A stretch of 64,000 bases of DNA from positions 50,220,001 through 50,284,000 of the forward strand of contig NC_043015.1 in assembly GCF_006345805.1 (NCBI RefSeq), in the 5' to 3' direction. The position numbers and the translations under genes are program-made. Shown piece by piece: positions 62,085 through 64,000 of this stretch; position 1 is the stretch's first letter; every line of letters starts with the position of its first letter. Source of the stretch: Octopus sinensis (lineage: Eukaryota). The notes under the pieces were generated by a model. The model was not told the origin of the DNA, searched no databases, and worked only from the letters and a program-made list of their open reading frames with translations.

Positions 62085-62767
62085 TACATAACTTTATACA
62101 TAGAAATGTGTGTGTATATGTATTTGTATATATACGTACATATTTATGGGTGTAGATTTATATACACACACACACACACATACATGCACAACAGATGCAG
62201 CATATTCATAAAAAAGAAAAGACTCTCTTTAGCCAAGAGAAGAAAGACAGGATGACGCTCATTACAGGAATCCTCAAGTCATCGTCAGGGAATATATAAT
62301 AGAGAAGATATGTGGGTCTGGATAATTCAATAGTTCACTAAACATATATCAACTGTGGTGGAAGGCTGGTGAGGTGGTGATGGTCGTGGAAGAGACCCCC
62401 GTTCTTCTTCAGATATGGTACGCTGCACTTTTGTTTTTAGCTGCATGACAAGACAGCAAAGAACAAAGAAGAGTTACTCCAGCGGCGCCACCTGTCATGT
62501 AGAAAGCCCATGACAGTGTACACATTCCTGGAAGGAGAGAAGAAGAAAGGTATCAGCATTAATGAATAGACATAAAGGATCTATATATATATATAGTATA
62601 TATATAGTATATATATATGTATATATATATAGTATATATAAACCCACACATATAAACAAACATACATGCGCACACACACATATATATATACACACATGCA
62701 GATATATTCATACACATATATGAATACATACCGACACACACACTATATATATATGTACATATGTATA

Positions 62768-62824
<57 letters not shown>

Positions 62825-62977
62825 ATGCATACATATGTACATATACATGTATGTATATGTATATATATATAATATATATAGTTGAGGTATGTATTGGTTA
62901 TGGAGGGAGGTGTGTAGTTGTGGAATTGGGGGTGGTGCTGTTGCTGCTTTAGAGTAATCCTTGTTTTTAATATTGTG

Positions 62978-63009
<32 letters not shown>

Positions 63010-63287
63010 TATGTATACATATATATACATATATATACATATACATATATACATAGATACATACACACACACACACACACACAATACATATATATATACA
63101 CATACATACATACCCATGTTGGCATAGAAAATGGATGTTAAATAATGATGATGATGATGACAGACAATACATATATAAATATACATACATACACACAATA
63201 TATATTTATATATATATATATATCACACACACATGCACATATATTCCCATACACAGATATGTATACGCACATATATACATACGTACA

Positions 63288-63321
<34 letters not shown>

Positions 63322-63432
63322 TGTACGCACCACTAAATATATAAATAATTAGATTGAGATAGAGAGAAATAAGAAAAAGAACCAACAGGTAGATTATTGC
63401 TATTATTATCATTATTATTATTATCATTATTA

Positions 63433-63483
<51 letters not shown>

Positions 63484-63490
63484 TATTTTT
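57590..63490. repeat. Microsatellite-dense region: (TA)n, (CA)n, (AAT)n and (GA)n tracts at about 57590-57840, 58845-58965, 59370-59590, 60420-61110, 61455-61530, 61690-62190, 62580-63330 and 63395-63490
   Basis: Read directly. These tracts account for almost all ORF-track entries in this region. Confidence 0.92.
62409..62527 (-). CDS. LHFPL6: Terminal coding exon of an LHFP/LHFPL6-like tetraspan membrane protein (G-MCTLSWAFYMTGGAAGVTLLCSLLSCHAAKNKSAAYHI*)
   Basis: Strong polypyrimidine acceptor on the - strand (cttcttctctccttccag|GA), phase 1 in a Gly codon. The C-x-x-x-W-A-[FY]-Y motif, a hydrophobic TM4 and a short basic tail resemble the LHFP C-terminus ([33 protein letters not shown]...), compared from memory. 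Upstream exons lie beyond the window. Confidence 0.7.
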
Positions 63491-64000
63491 GTTTTTTCCA
63501 TTAATGGAAGTTAATAAAGAAACAGATATAAAAACAGAAACAGAGAATAGCACAAAAGACTACAAATTTAATCTTCTGTTTTCCTAATGAAACACTTACA
63601 ATGAGATAAAACTGAAATAGTGGTTAAATTCTTTTGATTCTAACCCCCAAGAGACATCTCTTGGTTTTGCGATACAAACTTTCTCTCTCGAAACAGCGAT
63701 CTAAATGAAAATCTTTCATCAAAATTTCATGTTAATTAATGTTTTTTTTTTGTGTGTTCCAAACACCAGCTTAATAATGACGAAGTTATTTTAATAAATT
63801 CTTCATAATTTGCAAAATCAGATGAAACAAAAACACCAGTGTATTTCAACAGAAGAATGGTAACCGTGTTAAATATTGTAAGATTCTCTTAGTCTGTGTG
63901 TTCAGTGTCTCACTTGAGACCGTCCTTTGGTTTTATGATGCAAACTTTTTGTTTTAAAATGAGCTAAATTAAAATTTTCCATAAAAATTTTATGTTAATT

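Overview
AT-rich, intron-rich animal genomic DNA. The repeat landscape (tRNA-derived SINEs, RTE LINE tails, long (TA)n tracts) suggests an octopus; this is an inference. The + strand carries almost all of the autophagy E2-like enzyme gene ATG3: 10 coding exons from 1 to 43074, with the start codon upstream of the window. The exons splice in frame with consistent phases. Intron 8 is GC-AG and intron 9 is a U12-type (minor spliceosome) GT-AG intron. The - strand carries the terminal coding exon of an LHFP/LHFPL6-like tetraspan gene (62409-62527), convergent with ATG3. Introns and intergenic DNA are packed with a 5'-truncated CR1-clade LINE, RTE fragments, at least five tRNA-headed SINE families, hAT, piggyBac and Tc1-mariner MITEs, two Helitron-like elements, a DD37D (maT) transposase remnant, a probable solo LTR, mini- and microsatellites, and a 771-bp tandem duplication. 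The most unusual signal is a set of short elements carrying minimal, Penelope-type hammerhead-ribozyme folds. One is a tRNA-headed SINE lying in sense orientation inside the ATG3 U12 intron. All folds, alignments and family assignments were made by eye; no searches were run.
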